DNA from: a virus
DNA length: 58,147 bases
Virus record (IMG/VR): IMGVR_UViG_3300045988_057866
Direction: 5' to 3' (one strand)
Below the pieces are notes generated by a model. The model did not search any database and had not been told where the DNA came from. It saw nothing but the letters and a program-made list of their open reading frames with translations. Of the stretch, positions 27,680 to 35,246 are shown one piece after another. The translations under genes and the position numbers were made by a program. The stretch's first letter is position 1; each line of letters opens with the position of its first letter.

Positions 27680-27893
27680 CTGCCTCTATGCCGGACGGTT
27701 GGGCGTAAATCTTACGGGATTGCGCACGGAGCATAGAGCCAAAGGGGTTTGCTTCCCTCCCCGGCCAGTACAGACCGTGGGAAAAGATTAAATTGCCGTG
27801 AAAACGCCCGAATATGGCGCAGGAGGAGGCGAGAATAACAGCTACGGACGAGGCGGAAACGTCTCACACGGCGGAAATGGAGAAAAGTTGAAT
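27564..27893 (+). ncRNA. Predicted DGR RNA (TR plus spacer region up to the RT start)
   Basis: This follows the TR-spacer-RT arrangement known from the Bordetella phage BPP-1 DGR. The spacer contains an 8-bp long-range helix, CTCTATGC (27684-27691) pairing with GCATAGAG (27731-27738). The transcript ends are not determined. Confidence 0.4.
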
Positions 27894-29213
27894 ATGACAA
27901 CGGAGATTTCACCAGAAAAGATACCGGGCATGGTGACGCTCGATGATATATACGATGAAATTTGCAGCTATGAGGGACTGTACCAATCACACCTTGAGGC
28001 CAGAAAGGGTAAGAGATACCGTGACGACGTTTTGGTGTTTACGGACAGGCTGGAAGAAAACCTTATTGAGCTGCAAAACGAACTTATTTGGCAGACCTAC
28101 AAAGTCGGCAAGTACAGGCAGTTTTATGTTCGGGAACCGAAGCTGCGCCTCGTAATGGCGTTGCAATACCGTGACAGGATTGTGCAGTGGGCGATTTACA
28201 GACAGCTTTACCCGTTCTACGACAAAATGTTTATTGAGGATTCCTACGCCTGCAGGAGGGGGAAAGGCTCCCATAAGGCGGCGGACAAACTTCAATACTG
28301 GCTGCGACAGGTCAGCAGGAAACCCGGAAAATGGTATTACTTGAAGCTGGATATAAGCAAGTATTTTTACAGGGTAGACCACCTTGTATTACTTGATATT
28401 TTGAGCCGGAGGATAAAAGACCCTCGGCTCTTTCGGCTTCTTAGGGAGATTATTAACAGCGAGGACACCCGTTTCGGGCTTCCGGCCGGTGTTAGCCCGG
28501 ACGAATGCCCAGAGGAGGACTGGCTGAGTGATGTAGGAATGCCGATTGGCAACCTCACATCACAACTATTTGCGAACATTTACCTCAATGAGTTAGACCA
28601 GCTCTGTAAACACGAGCTGCATTTACACTATTACATTCGCTATATGGACGATGTAATTATCCTTTTGCCAGACAAGAAAGAGCTGGCAAGAGTAAAGGCA
28701 ATCATTGAGGAATTCCTCAACGATTATTTGCACCTCGACCTCAATAACAAGACGGCTATACGCCCCTGCAGTCTCGGCATTGATTTCGTGGGCTATCACA
28801 TTTGGGCGACCCATAGGAAACTCAAGAAGCAGACGGCCCGCAAGATTATCCATGCGGTTGACTGGATGTGCGAACAGGGAGAGAAAGGCAATATGAGTAA
28901 AGAGGAGTTTGAGCGCAGAGTGGCCTCATACAGAGGCATTTTATTACACTGCGACAGCTATGGTCTGAGAAAGAAGCTGAACAGCATTTATTTTGACCAT
29001 GTTGTTGCAGAGGAGCCGGAGAAGCAGGAAGCCAAACAGAAGCCGGAGTGCGCCGAGAGAAAATGCTACACTTGCCAGAATTTCCGCAGAGAGTTTTTCT
29101 GCGGTTATGGAGCTTGCAGGTGCGACATTTACGGCTCTTTGGACGTAGACCAAAAGGAACGACACCCGGACAGAACAGCGGCGACTTGCCCGGACTATAC
29201 ACCAAACGAATAG
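27894..29213 (+). CDS. DGR reverse transcriptase with a Cys-rich C-terminal extension
   Basis: It has the DGR-type motif 4 IGNLTSQ (IGxxxSQ) and the catalytic YMDDVI box. The first in-frame ATG is 27894 (MTTEISPEK...). The ORF-track GTG at 27798 would add a G-rich leader overlapping the spacer RNA. Confidence 0.9.
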   Translation: MTTEISPEKIPGMVTLDDIYDEICSYEGLYQSHLEARKGKRYRDDVLVFTDRLEENLIELQNELIWQTYKVGKYRQFYVREPKLRLVMALQYRDRIVQWAIYRQLYPFYDKMFIEDSYACRRGKGSHKAADKLQYWLRQVSRKPGKWYYLKLDISKYFYRVDHLVLLDILSRRIKDPRLFRLLREIINSEDTRFGLPAGVSPDECPEEDWLSDVGMPIGNLTSQLFANIYLNELDQLCKHELHLHYYIRYMDDVIILLPDKKELARVKAIIEEFLNDYLHLDLNNKTAIRPCSLGIDFVGYHIWATHRKLKKQTARKIIHAVDWMCEQGEKGNMSKEEFERRVASYRGILLHCDSYGLRKKLNSIYFDHVVAEEPEKQEAKQKPECAERKCYTCQNFRREFFCGYGACRCDIYGSLDVDQKERHPDRTAATCPDYTPNE

Positions 29214-29230
29214 AAAAGGAGGGTATTGGA

Positions 29231-29536
29231 GTGTATATCGACGGAGATACGATAATCAGAGCGGCGGCTATTCTCGGTGCGCTTATTGCGCTGGGAACCG
29301 CCGCTTATGCTGTAATCAAGTGGTTTCAGACGCAGGAAAAACAGACGGTTGACATCGAGGAGCTGCGAAAGAAAGAGGAGCAGGACTTAAAGGAACTGCG
29401 AGACGAACAGTGCCTCATTAGTTACGCTATGCTGGCTTGCCTTGACGGTTTGAAGCAGCTTAATTGTAACGGGGCAGTTACAGAGGCTCACAACAAACTT
29501 GAGAAGCACCTCAACCAGAAAGCACACAGACAGTAA
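29231..29536 (+). CDS. Lysis-cassette membrane protein (single TM plus coiled coil)
   Basis: GTG at 29231 follows AAGGAGGG. The TM segment is AAAILGALIALGTAAYAVIKWF. The ORF-track start at 29048 lies inside the RT gene. Confidence 0.5.
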   Translation: MYIDGDTIIRAAAILGALIALGTAAYAVIKWFQTQEKQTVDIEELRKKEEQDLKELRDEQCLISYAMLACLDGLKQLNCNGAVTEAHNKLEKHLNQKAHRQ

Positions 29537-29548
29537 CAGGAGGCGGAC

Positions 29549-29881
29549 ATGAGAAGAAAGGAAACAAGACGTGAAGTGCGAAAGAAGCCCTCCCAGAAAA
29601 AGAGCAGCGTTGGAGTTATGGATATTATTTTGATTATTGTCGGAATTTCATTGCTGCTTTTCACAACGGCCATGATAAAGCTCTTTAGAGAGTACGGAGC
29701 CGTCCCGGACACCCTTATCACCTGCGTATTTGCAACCCTCGGAGGAGAGTGCGGCATTATGGGGTGGATAAAGACCACCAAAGACCGCAACAAGGAACAC
29801 CAGTGGGAACAGGAGGACAAAGCGGAGGCGAAAAAGGAAGCCCTCAAGCAGGAGGAACAGTCGCCGGACGGCAATATGTAA
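29549..29881 (+). CDS. Putative holin (two TM segments)
   Basis: 110 aa, with hydrophobic segments VMDIILIIVGISLLLFTTAMI and LITCVFATLGGECGIMGWI. It lies directly upstream of the endolysin gene. Confidence 0.6.
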   Translation: MRRKETRREVRKKPSQKKSSVGVMDIILIIVGISLLLFTTAMIKLFREYGAVPDTLITCVFATLGGECGIMGWIKTTKDRNKEHQWEQEDKAEAKKEALKQEEQSPDGNM

Positions 29882-29890
29882 GGAGGTACT

Positions 29891-31408
29891 ATGGGACTTA
29901 CGGGAAAGAATGTTGAGGAAAAGATATGGAATTTCCTCATTGGTAAAGGGTTTAGCAAAGCCGGAGCTGCCGGGCTCATGGGGAATTTGTTCGCAGAGAG
30001 CGGCCTCGACCCGAAAAATTTACAGAACAGTTTCGAGAAGAAACTAGGACACACGGACGACAGCTACACCGCCGCCGTGGATAACGGCACATACAGCAAC
30101 TTTGTAAAGGACAGCGCAGGATATGGGCTTGCGCAGTGGACGTATTGGAGCCGTAAACAGAATATGCTTGAGTTTGCACGAGCCGCAGGCAAGTCTATCG
30201 GAGACTTGGAAATGCAGCTCGATTTTTTATTTAAGGAGCTTTCGGAGGGGTACAAGACGGTACTGGCGGCACTGAAAGCGGCAACGTCCGTAAAAGCAGC
30301 CAGCGACAATGTGTTGCTGAACTTCGAGAAACCGGCAGACCAGAGCGACGCAGTAAAAACAAAAAGGGCCAGCTACGGCCAGACCTACTACGACAAATAT
30401 GCAGGGACGGGCGCAGCGGCAGAAAACGGAGGTAACATTATGGGATATACAAACAGTTCACTCGTAGATTGCACAGTGAAAAGCCCGAACCACAGCGGGC
30501 AGAGAACGCACAAGATTGACCGTATCACACCGCATTGTGTAGTGGGCCAGCTCACGGCGGAGAGCATTGGCGGCTGCTTCACAAAGCAGAGCGTACGGGC
30601 CTCTTGCAACTACGGTATCGGCAAGGACGGCAGAGTAGTTCTCTGCGTAGACGAGAAAAACAGAAGCTGGTGCAGTTCCAGCGACGCCAACGACCAGAGA
30701 GCGGTAACGATTGAGTGCGCTTCTGATATGGCGGAGCCGTACACCATGAACACCGCAGTTTACAATAAGCTCGTGAAACTTATTGTTGACATCTGCAAGA
30801 GAAATGGACTGAACAAGGTTCTTTGGTTCGGAGACAAGGACAAGAGCCTCAATTACAGCCCGAAAGACGGCGAGTGCGTTCTGACCGTTCATCGTTGGTT
30901 TGCGAATAAGAGTTGTCCGGGCAACTGGCTTTACAGCCGCATGGGACAGCTTGCGACTGCGGTTAATGCAGAGCTTGGCAGCGGCAGTAACACCGGCGGA
31001 ACCTCTAAACCGGCCACAAAGACCGATACAGTAACGAGCTTCCCGGCGACACCGTTCACGGTAAAGGTTCTTATTGACGACCTCAATATCAGAACCGGCG
31101 CAGGCATGGGGTACGCAGTAACCGGCCATTATACTGGCAAGGGTACATTCACTATCACGGAGGTAAAGGGCGGTTGGGGCAAGCTCAAGAGCGGAGCAGG
31201 CTGGATTTATCTTGGAAACCCGTCTTACTGCACCGTACAGGGCGCAGCGGCGACCAACCGCACATACACCGTAAAGGCCGGGGACAGCCTTTGGGCTATC
31301 GCAGCAAAGCAGCTCGGCAACGGCAGCAGATACAAAGAGATTAAGAGCCTCAACGGACTTACCAGCGACGTAATCAACGCCGGACAGGTCTTGAAGCTCC
31401 CGAACTAA
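29891..31408 (+). CDS. Multidomain endolysin: lysozyme-like N-terminal domain, amidase-like domain, SH3-like domain, C-terminal LysM
   Basis: The N-terminal AGAAGLMGNLFAESGLDP...GYGLAQWTYWSR looks like a phage tail lysozyme. The central part has ITPHCVVGQ...AVTIECA...HRWFANKSCPG. The C-terminal LysM reads YTVKAGDSLWAIAAKQLGNGSRYKEIKSLNGL...GQVLKLP. Confidence 0.85.
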   Translation: MGLTGKNVEEKIWNFLIGKGFSKAGAAGLMGNLFAESGLDPKNLQNSFEKKLGHTDDSYTAAVDNGTYSNFVKDSAGYGLAQWTYWSRKQNMLEFARAAGKSIGDLEMQLDFLFKELSEGYKTVLAALKAATSVKAASDNVLLNFEKPADQSDAVKTKRASYGQTYYDKYAGTGAAAENGGNIMGYTNSSLVDCTVKSPNHSGQRTHKIDRITPHCVVGQLTAESIGGCFTKQSVRASCNYGIGKDGRVVLCVDEKNRSWCSSSDANDQRAVTIECASDMAEPYTMNTAVYNKLVKLIVDICKRNGLNKVLWFGDKDKSLNYSPKDGECVLTVHRWFANKSCPGNWLYSRMGQLATAVNAELGSGSNTGGTSKPATKTDTVTSFPATPFTVKVLIDDLNIRTGAGMGYAVTGHYTGKGTFTITEVKGGWGKLKSGAGWIYLGNPSYCTVQGAAATNRTYTVKAGDSLWAIAAKQLGNGSRYKEIKSLNGLTSDVINAGQVLKLPN

Positions 31409-31425
31409 GAGAGGAGGAAACAATC

Positions 31426-31959
31426 ATGCAGGAGTTTATCACAGCACTTCTTACGGCGGTTATTACAGCCGCCGTCCCGGTCATTACCGTTTATGCGGTC
31501 AACGCCCTTAAAAAGGCAGGAGCAAATGCAGAGGCCGACACAGAGGACATCAAAGTAAAGGGCTACATCAATGATATTACGACGGCGGTTGCCGACGCAG
31601 TATCGGCCACCAGTCAGACGTATGTTGACGCATTGAAGCAGGCCGGGAAGTTTACGGCGGAGGCACAGAAAGAGGCAGCAAAGAAAGCCCTAAACGCTTG
31701 TATCGCCTCCCTCACACCGGCGGCCACAAAGTTTATCGAGAGTGCATACGGAGACCTCAAAGAATACCTTTCCAACAAAATTGAGTCGGAGGTACGCAAG
31801 CAGAAGCTCTCAACCAGCATTCCTATCACTTCGGTTATGGAAAGCACCACGGACACAACGGCTGTAGCAGCTTCTACGGCAGCAGCAACCGCAGCCTCAG
31901 TCATTCAGACGGCCATTAGTCAGATTGACGCAGAGGCAAAAGCACCGGCAGCAGAGTGA
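31426..31959 (+). CDS. LL-H family holin-like protein
   Basis: It has an N-terminal TM segment (FITALLTAVITAAVPVITVYAV) followed by SQTYVDALKQAGKFTAEAQKEAAKKAL, a pattern I recall from LL-H holins. Confidence 0.55.
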   Translation: MQEFITALLTAVITAAVPVITVYAVNALKKAGANAEADTEDIKVKGYINDITTAVADAVSATSQTYVDALKQAGKFTAEAQKEAAKKALNACIASLTPAATKFIESAYGDLKEYLSNKIESEVRKQKLSTSIPITSVMESTTDTTAVAASTAAATAASVIQTAISQIDAEAKAPAAE

Positions 31960-32031
31960 CGGTGTAAATATCGGGAATTTGTGAATTTATGATTTATGTT
32001 CTCCGGCGTGATATGCCACCAAAGCGTCGGG

Positions 32032-32077
32032 AAAGCCCCTCTCATGGAGAAATCTGTGGGAGGGGCTTTATTTTTTT
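32032..32077 (+). terminator. Rho-independent terminator at the end of the late/lysis operon
   Basis: AAAGCCCCTC (32032-32041) pairs with GAGGGGCTTT (32060-32069) and is followed by A TTTTTTT. Confidence 0.7.
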
Positions 32078-32178
32078 GCCCTTTTACAGCATATCAGTTA
32101 AAAGTCCACAATTTCGGAACCTAAAATACAGCATAGTCAACAAATGTCCCATTTTGGGGTGTTATTTCTCTAATTTGG

Positions 32179-32207
32179 TTGACTTTGCCCCATATAGGGG
32201 CTATAAT
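32179..32207 (+). promoter_or_regulatory. Sigma-A-type early promoter TTGACT-17-TATAAT
   Basis: The -35 box is at 32179-32184 and the -10 box at 32202-32207, with a 17-nt spacer. The 17-mer TGGTTGACTTTGCCCCA is shared exactly with the promoter at 40466-40482. Confidence 0.7.
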
Positions 32208-32238
32208 GAGGTCACAGTCAAGGAAACAACAAAGACAA

Positions 32239-32256
32239 TTACCCAAAACGGGTCAC
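32239..32256 (+). promoter_or_regulatory. Copy of the ACCCAAAACGGG motif (TTACCCAAAACGGGTCAC) in the 5' leader
   Basis: It lies about 30 nt downstream of the -10 box and 16 nt upstream of the ATG at 32272. ACCC/GGGT are inverted arms. Confidence 0.4.
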
Positions 32257-32271
32257 GGAGGTATAGGAATA

Positions 32272-32759
32272 TGGCAGCAACAAAAGAGCAGGAACGCAAG
32301 GCATTGGCAAGAATTAAGAAAATCGTCGAGGAACTGGGCGAGGATAGTTATATCGGAATGGCCTTTGAGGGTTGTTTCGAGGTAGCAGAGGAGAACATCA
32401 AGAATGACTTTGCTTGCAGCATGAAGCAGAGAGCGGAACACGCTGAAATGGAAGCCGGAAAGTACAAGAAAATGTACGAGGACACCGCAGCAGATTTCGA
32501 GGCAGCAGAGGCAACTATCGCAGGACTTGAGCAGAAAGTTCTCTCAACAGCAGAGGGCGGAGCAATCAAGGCAATCCTTTATCATTACCAGACAGAGGCC
32601 ACAAGACTGGCTGACGAATCAGCTCAGAGAATTGTAGAGCTTGCCGACAACCCGGACACCCCGGAGTTTAGACAGGCAGTGCAGGATAACCGAAACAGCA
32701 AGAAACGCATGGAAGATAGCAAAGCACTTATCCAGAGAGTTCTTGACATTATGGCTTAA
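32272..32759 (+). CDS. Hypothetical early protein (helical)
   Basis: ATG at 32272 follows GGAGG. The ORF-track start at 31989 would span the terminator and promoter, so it is rejected. Confidence 0.6.
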
Positions 32760-32773
32760 ATTTTACCCTTAAA

Positions 32774-32790
32774 TGACCCGAAATGGGTCA
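32774..32790 (+). promoter_or_regulatory. Perfect palindromic variant of the motif: TGACCC-GAAAT-GGGTCA
   Basis: It has 6-bp inverted arms and a 5-nt centre, and starts 15 nt after the stop of the 32272 gene. Confidence 0.4.
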
Positions 32791-32834
32791 CAAAACAAGC
32801 GAGCTGGGGCGCAGATACCCCGGCAGGAGGCAAA

Positions 32835-33041
32835 ATGATAACAGAAGAACAGGCAAGAGCGCAGGGAGCCGATGATATTGATATTTTCTTAGGTATTTGC
32901 AACGAGGAAATCATTCCGTCAAGTAAGCCGTCTCGCCTTGAACAGCTTCACGGAAAAATTGTTGGCACACGAACAGAACCGTATCACGACGTGACAGTAT
33001 ATGAGGACGGTTACGAGGATTGGTTCTACATCGGAGAATAG
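32835..33041 (+). CDS. Hypothetical small protein
   Basis: A 68-aa ORF with an RBS (CAGGAGG). Confidence 0.5.
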   Translation: MITEEQARAQGADDIDIFLGICNEEIIPSSKPSRLEQLHGKIVGTRTEPYHDVTVYEDGYEDWFYIGE

Positions 33042-33051
33042 GAGGCAAAAC

Positions 33052-33702
33052 ATGAGATATTACAGCATTATGCGCCCGGTAATGCCGGGCAGCTACCCGA
33101 AAAAGGCAGCAGCACAGGAGATTGAGAACTTCGACGAGAAAACATTCTGCGAGGAGATTGGCCGGGAGGCATTGGGCTACATCGACTACTCGGAGGAGCT
33201 TACAGAGAGCGAGGCTGCAGACTATGAGCTGGTTCCGGCAAAGGAGAACAAAGAGGAAATCACAAATAAAATCGACGCTCTGTTTGAGGAGCTTGTACCG
33301 GCCTCCGGGAAAGCAGATACCGTCGCCGGAGAAATTATTAGAGCGGTTTGCAGGATTGGCTATCGCTGGTTCAATGATGGAGACATGGTCGGCGTTGGAT
33401 ATGGGAAAGAGACCTGCAACCCGGCAGCGAGATACCTTGCGGAGAAAGCCGGAAGCAGGGTTGAGAGGGCTATATCGGATATGTGGGGAGATTTCCTCCC
33501 GGATGACATTTACGAGAAGCGATTACAGACCCTTAATGCGGAAGTCTTGGCGTTCCTTGATTTACACCCGGAGCTGAAAGGACAGCCGAATAGCGAGGAT
33601 ATGTGGGACTATAAGGACGAGGCAGAGGACGTAGACGACGACTACGAGGACGACGAGGAAGAATATGAGGAGGAAGATTACGAGGACGAGGAGGACTGGT
33701 AA
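33052..33702 (+). CDS. Hypothetical protein with an extremely acidic C-terminal tail
   Basis: ATG at 33052 follows TAGGAGG. The tail reads EDVDDDYEDDEEEYEEEDYEDEEDW. The N-terminal MRYYSIMRPVMPGSYPK resembles domains found in polyvalent and leading-region proteins. Confidence 0.6.
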   Translation: MRYYSIMRPVMPGSYPKKAAAQEIENFDEKTFCEEIGREALGYIDYSEELTESEAADYELVPAKENKEEITNKIDALFEELVPASGKADTVAGEIIRAVCRIGYRWFNDGDMVGVGYGKETCNPAARYLAEKAGSRVERAISDMWGDFLPDDIYEKRLQTLNAEVLAFLDLHPELKGQPNSEDMWDYKDEAEDVDDDYEDDEEEYEEEDYEDEEDW

Positions 33703-33746
33703 TCGCTCCCTTAGATACAAATTTTCAAAATGGAGGACAAGAAACA

Positions 33747-34670
33747 ATGAGTGAAAGAAAATATTTCCCTATCAATGAGAGCAGCGCAAGAACAGCGCAC
33801 AACATGATGTCTATGAGAGACTATTCCGAGGGCAGCACCACAAGCGCATACCGCAGCGAGGTTGACAAGGCGTATGAGCTGGCGGATAAGGTTGCAGAGA
33901 AAAGACCGGCAGAGGCAGAGAGAGCCTACCGACTGGCGGAACGCTACGCAAAGAAAATGGCGGAGTATTACAACAAGGACAGCAGTATCGGCATGATGTG
34001 TCCGTCGGTTCTTATCAGCGGAGCCGGTAACTTCCCGACCAAAAAGAAAGAGAGACAGGTCGCAGCATGGGAGCGTAACCACCAGTTCTACAACGACATT
34101 CAGAGTATTCTCAGAAAGATTGAGGGTATTCTCTACGGCAAGGAAATCATCAAGTCCGACGACGAGAGGGCAATCGAGAAGTTGGAGGAGAAACTGGAAG
34201 ATTTGAAGAACCTGCAGGAACTTATGAAAGCGGCGAATAAGGCTATCCGCTTGAAAGATACAGAGGCAGGCGACGACAGACTGAGAGAGCTTGGTTTCAG
34301 CGAGGAGGAAATCAAGAAGCTGCGCACCCCGGATTTCTGCAACAGATTGGGTTATGCGAGCTATGAACTCACGAACAACAATGCGAATATCCACCGTATC
34401 GAGGGGCGTATTAAGAGCCTCAAGGCGGCCAAAGAGAGAGGAACCTCGGAGCAGGAGTTCAAGACCTTTAAGGCGGTGGAGAACACGGAAGCCATGCGAT
34501 ACCAGATTATCTTCGACGGAAAGCCGGAGGCAGATGTCCGTACCCTGCTGAAATCCAACGGGTTCAAGTGGGCTCCGTCGCAGGGAGTATGGCAGCGTCA
34601 GATTACCGCAAACGGTAAGTGGGCGTTCAACAGAGTTATTGAGAAGTTAAAGGAAATGGAGGAGGAATAA
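33747..34670 (+). CDS. DUF3560-like protein
   Basis: The C-terminal LKSNGFKWAPSQGVWQRQ motif resembles DUF3560 proteins of conjugative elements, as remembered. Confidence 0.5.
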   Translation: MSERKYFPINESSARTAHNMMSMRDYSEGSTTSAYRSEVDKAYELADKVAEKRPAEAERAYRLAERYAKKMAEYYNKDSSIGMMCPSVLISGAGNFPTKKKERQVAAWERNHQFYNDIQSILRKIEGILYGKEIIKSDDERAIEKLEEKLEDLKNLQELMKAANKAIRLKDTEAGDDRLRELGFSEEEIKKLRTPDFCNRLGYASYELTNNNANIHRIEGRIKSLKAAKERGTSEQEFKTFKAVENTEAMRYQIIFDGKPEADVRTLLKSNGFKWAPSQGVWQRQITANGKWAFNRVIEKLKEMEEE

Positions 34671-34673
34671 GGT

Positions 34674-35246
34674 ATGCTGCAAAATCTCAAATATTACAAG
34701 GAGAGCCGGGCCATGCAGGAGGCCGTAGAGGGAGAAATCCACAAGCACGGCCAGTATTACACCACCTGCGTAATCGGGGTATATTCACTCACGAGCGGTA
34801 TTAAGGCGTTCCCGTGCGGGATTGGGGACGACTACGAGCTGAAAGGCGAGGAGTTGGTACAGGTGCTTGAGTTTATCCAGAAGCAGCGAGAGGCAATCGC
34901 CTCCCGCTACCTTGTTAAGACCTACGAGGGCTGGCAGGAAAGTGGCCTCCCGACATTCGAGGACTACTGTAAGCCGGGAGATACCGTGGACGAGGTAATG
35001 GTGGACTACTTTATGAACTGCGTACCGCCGGTTTCTATGAGTGGTTCGTGTGCGCAGGCAGGCGAGGCGTACAACCATGTGCCGGACGACAAGAACAGAT
35101 ACAGAGCAACCTATCTGACGTTTTTACGTCTCTCGTCCTCTCGGTGGCGATTTGCCGGGTATTGTTACGCCGGGGAGACAACTAACCGGGTAGAGGTGGA
35201 AACGAGCCTTGAGAGGCGCATTAAGGAGGCAAGGACAAATGGATAA
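34674..35246 (+). CDS. Hypothetical protein
   Basis: A 190-aa ORF with an RBS (GAGGAGG). Confidence 0.5.
   Translation: MLQNLKYYKESRAMQEAVEGEIHKHGQYYTTCVIGVYSLTSGIKAFPCGIGDDYELKGEELVQVLEFIQKQREAIASRYLVKTYEGWQESGLPTFEDYCKPGDTVDEVMVDYFMNCVPPVSMSGSCAQAGEAYNHVPDDKNRYRATYLTFLRLSSSRWRFAGYCYAGETTNRVEVETSLERRIKEARTNG

Larger units (their letters stand above)
26001..29213 (+). mobile_element. Diversity-generating retroelement cassette: target gene with VR1, avd, TR, RT
   Basis: The component features are listed below. TR and VR1 are 116 bp long, and 15 of their 16 mismatches fall on TR adenines. Confidence 0.9.

Noticed and set aside
27541-27700. Additional TR/VR-like copies beyond VR1 and VR2
   Set aside because: I searched by eye for the invariant GGCTTCCGCTCCGCT and CGTGGTGGC blocks and found them only at VR1, TR and VR2. 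A blastn of TR against the window would confirm this.
27798-27893. GTG at 27798 as the RT start
   Set aside because: It would add a Gly-rich leader with no counterpart in DGR RTs and would overlap the predicted structured spacer RNA. ATG at 27894 precedes the conserved N-terminal region. Not fully excluded.
29048-29230. Upstream part of the ORF-track call 29048..29536, overlapping the RT 3' end
   Set aside because: It runs out of frame inside the RT gene. GTG at 29231 with an AAGGAGGG RBS gives a sensible TM-protein N-terminus.
31989-32271. 5' extension of the ORF-track call 31989..32759
   Set aside because: The extension would run through a Rho-independent terminator (32032-32077) and a near-consensus promoter (32179-32207). 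An ATG with an RBS is present at 32272.
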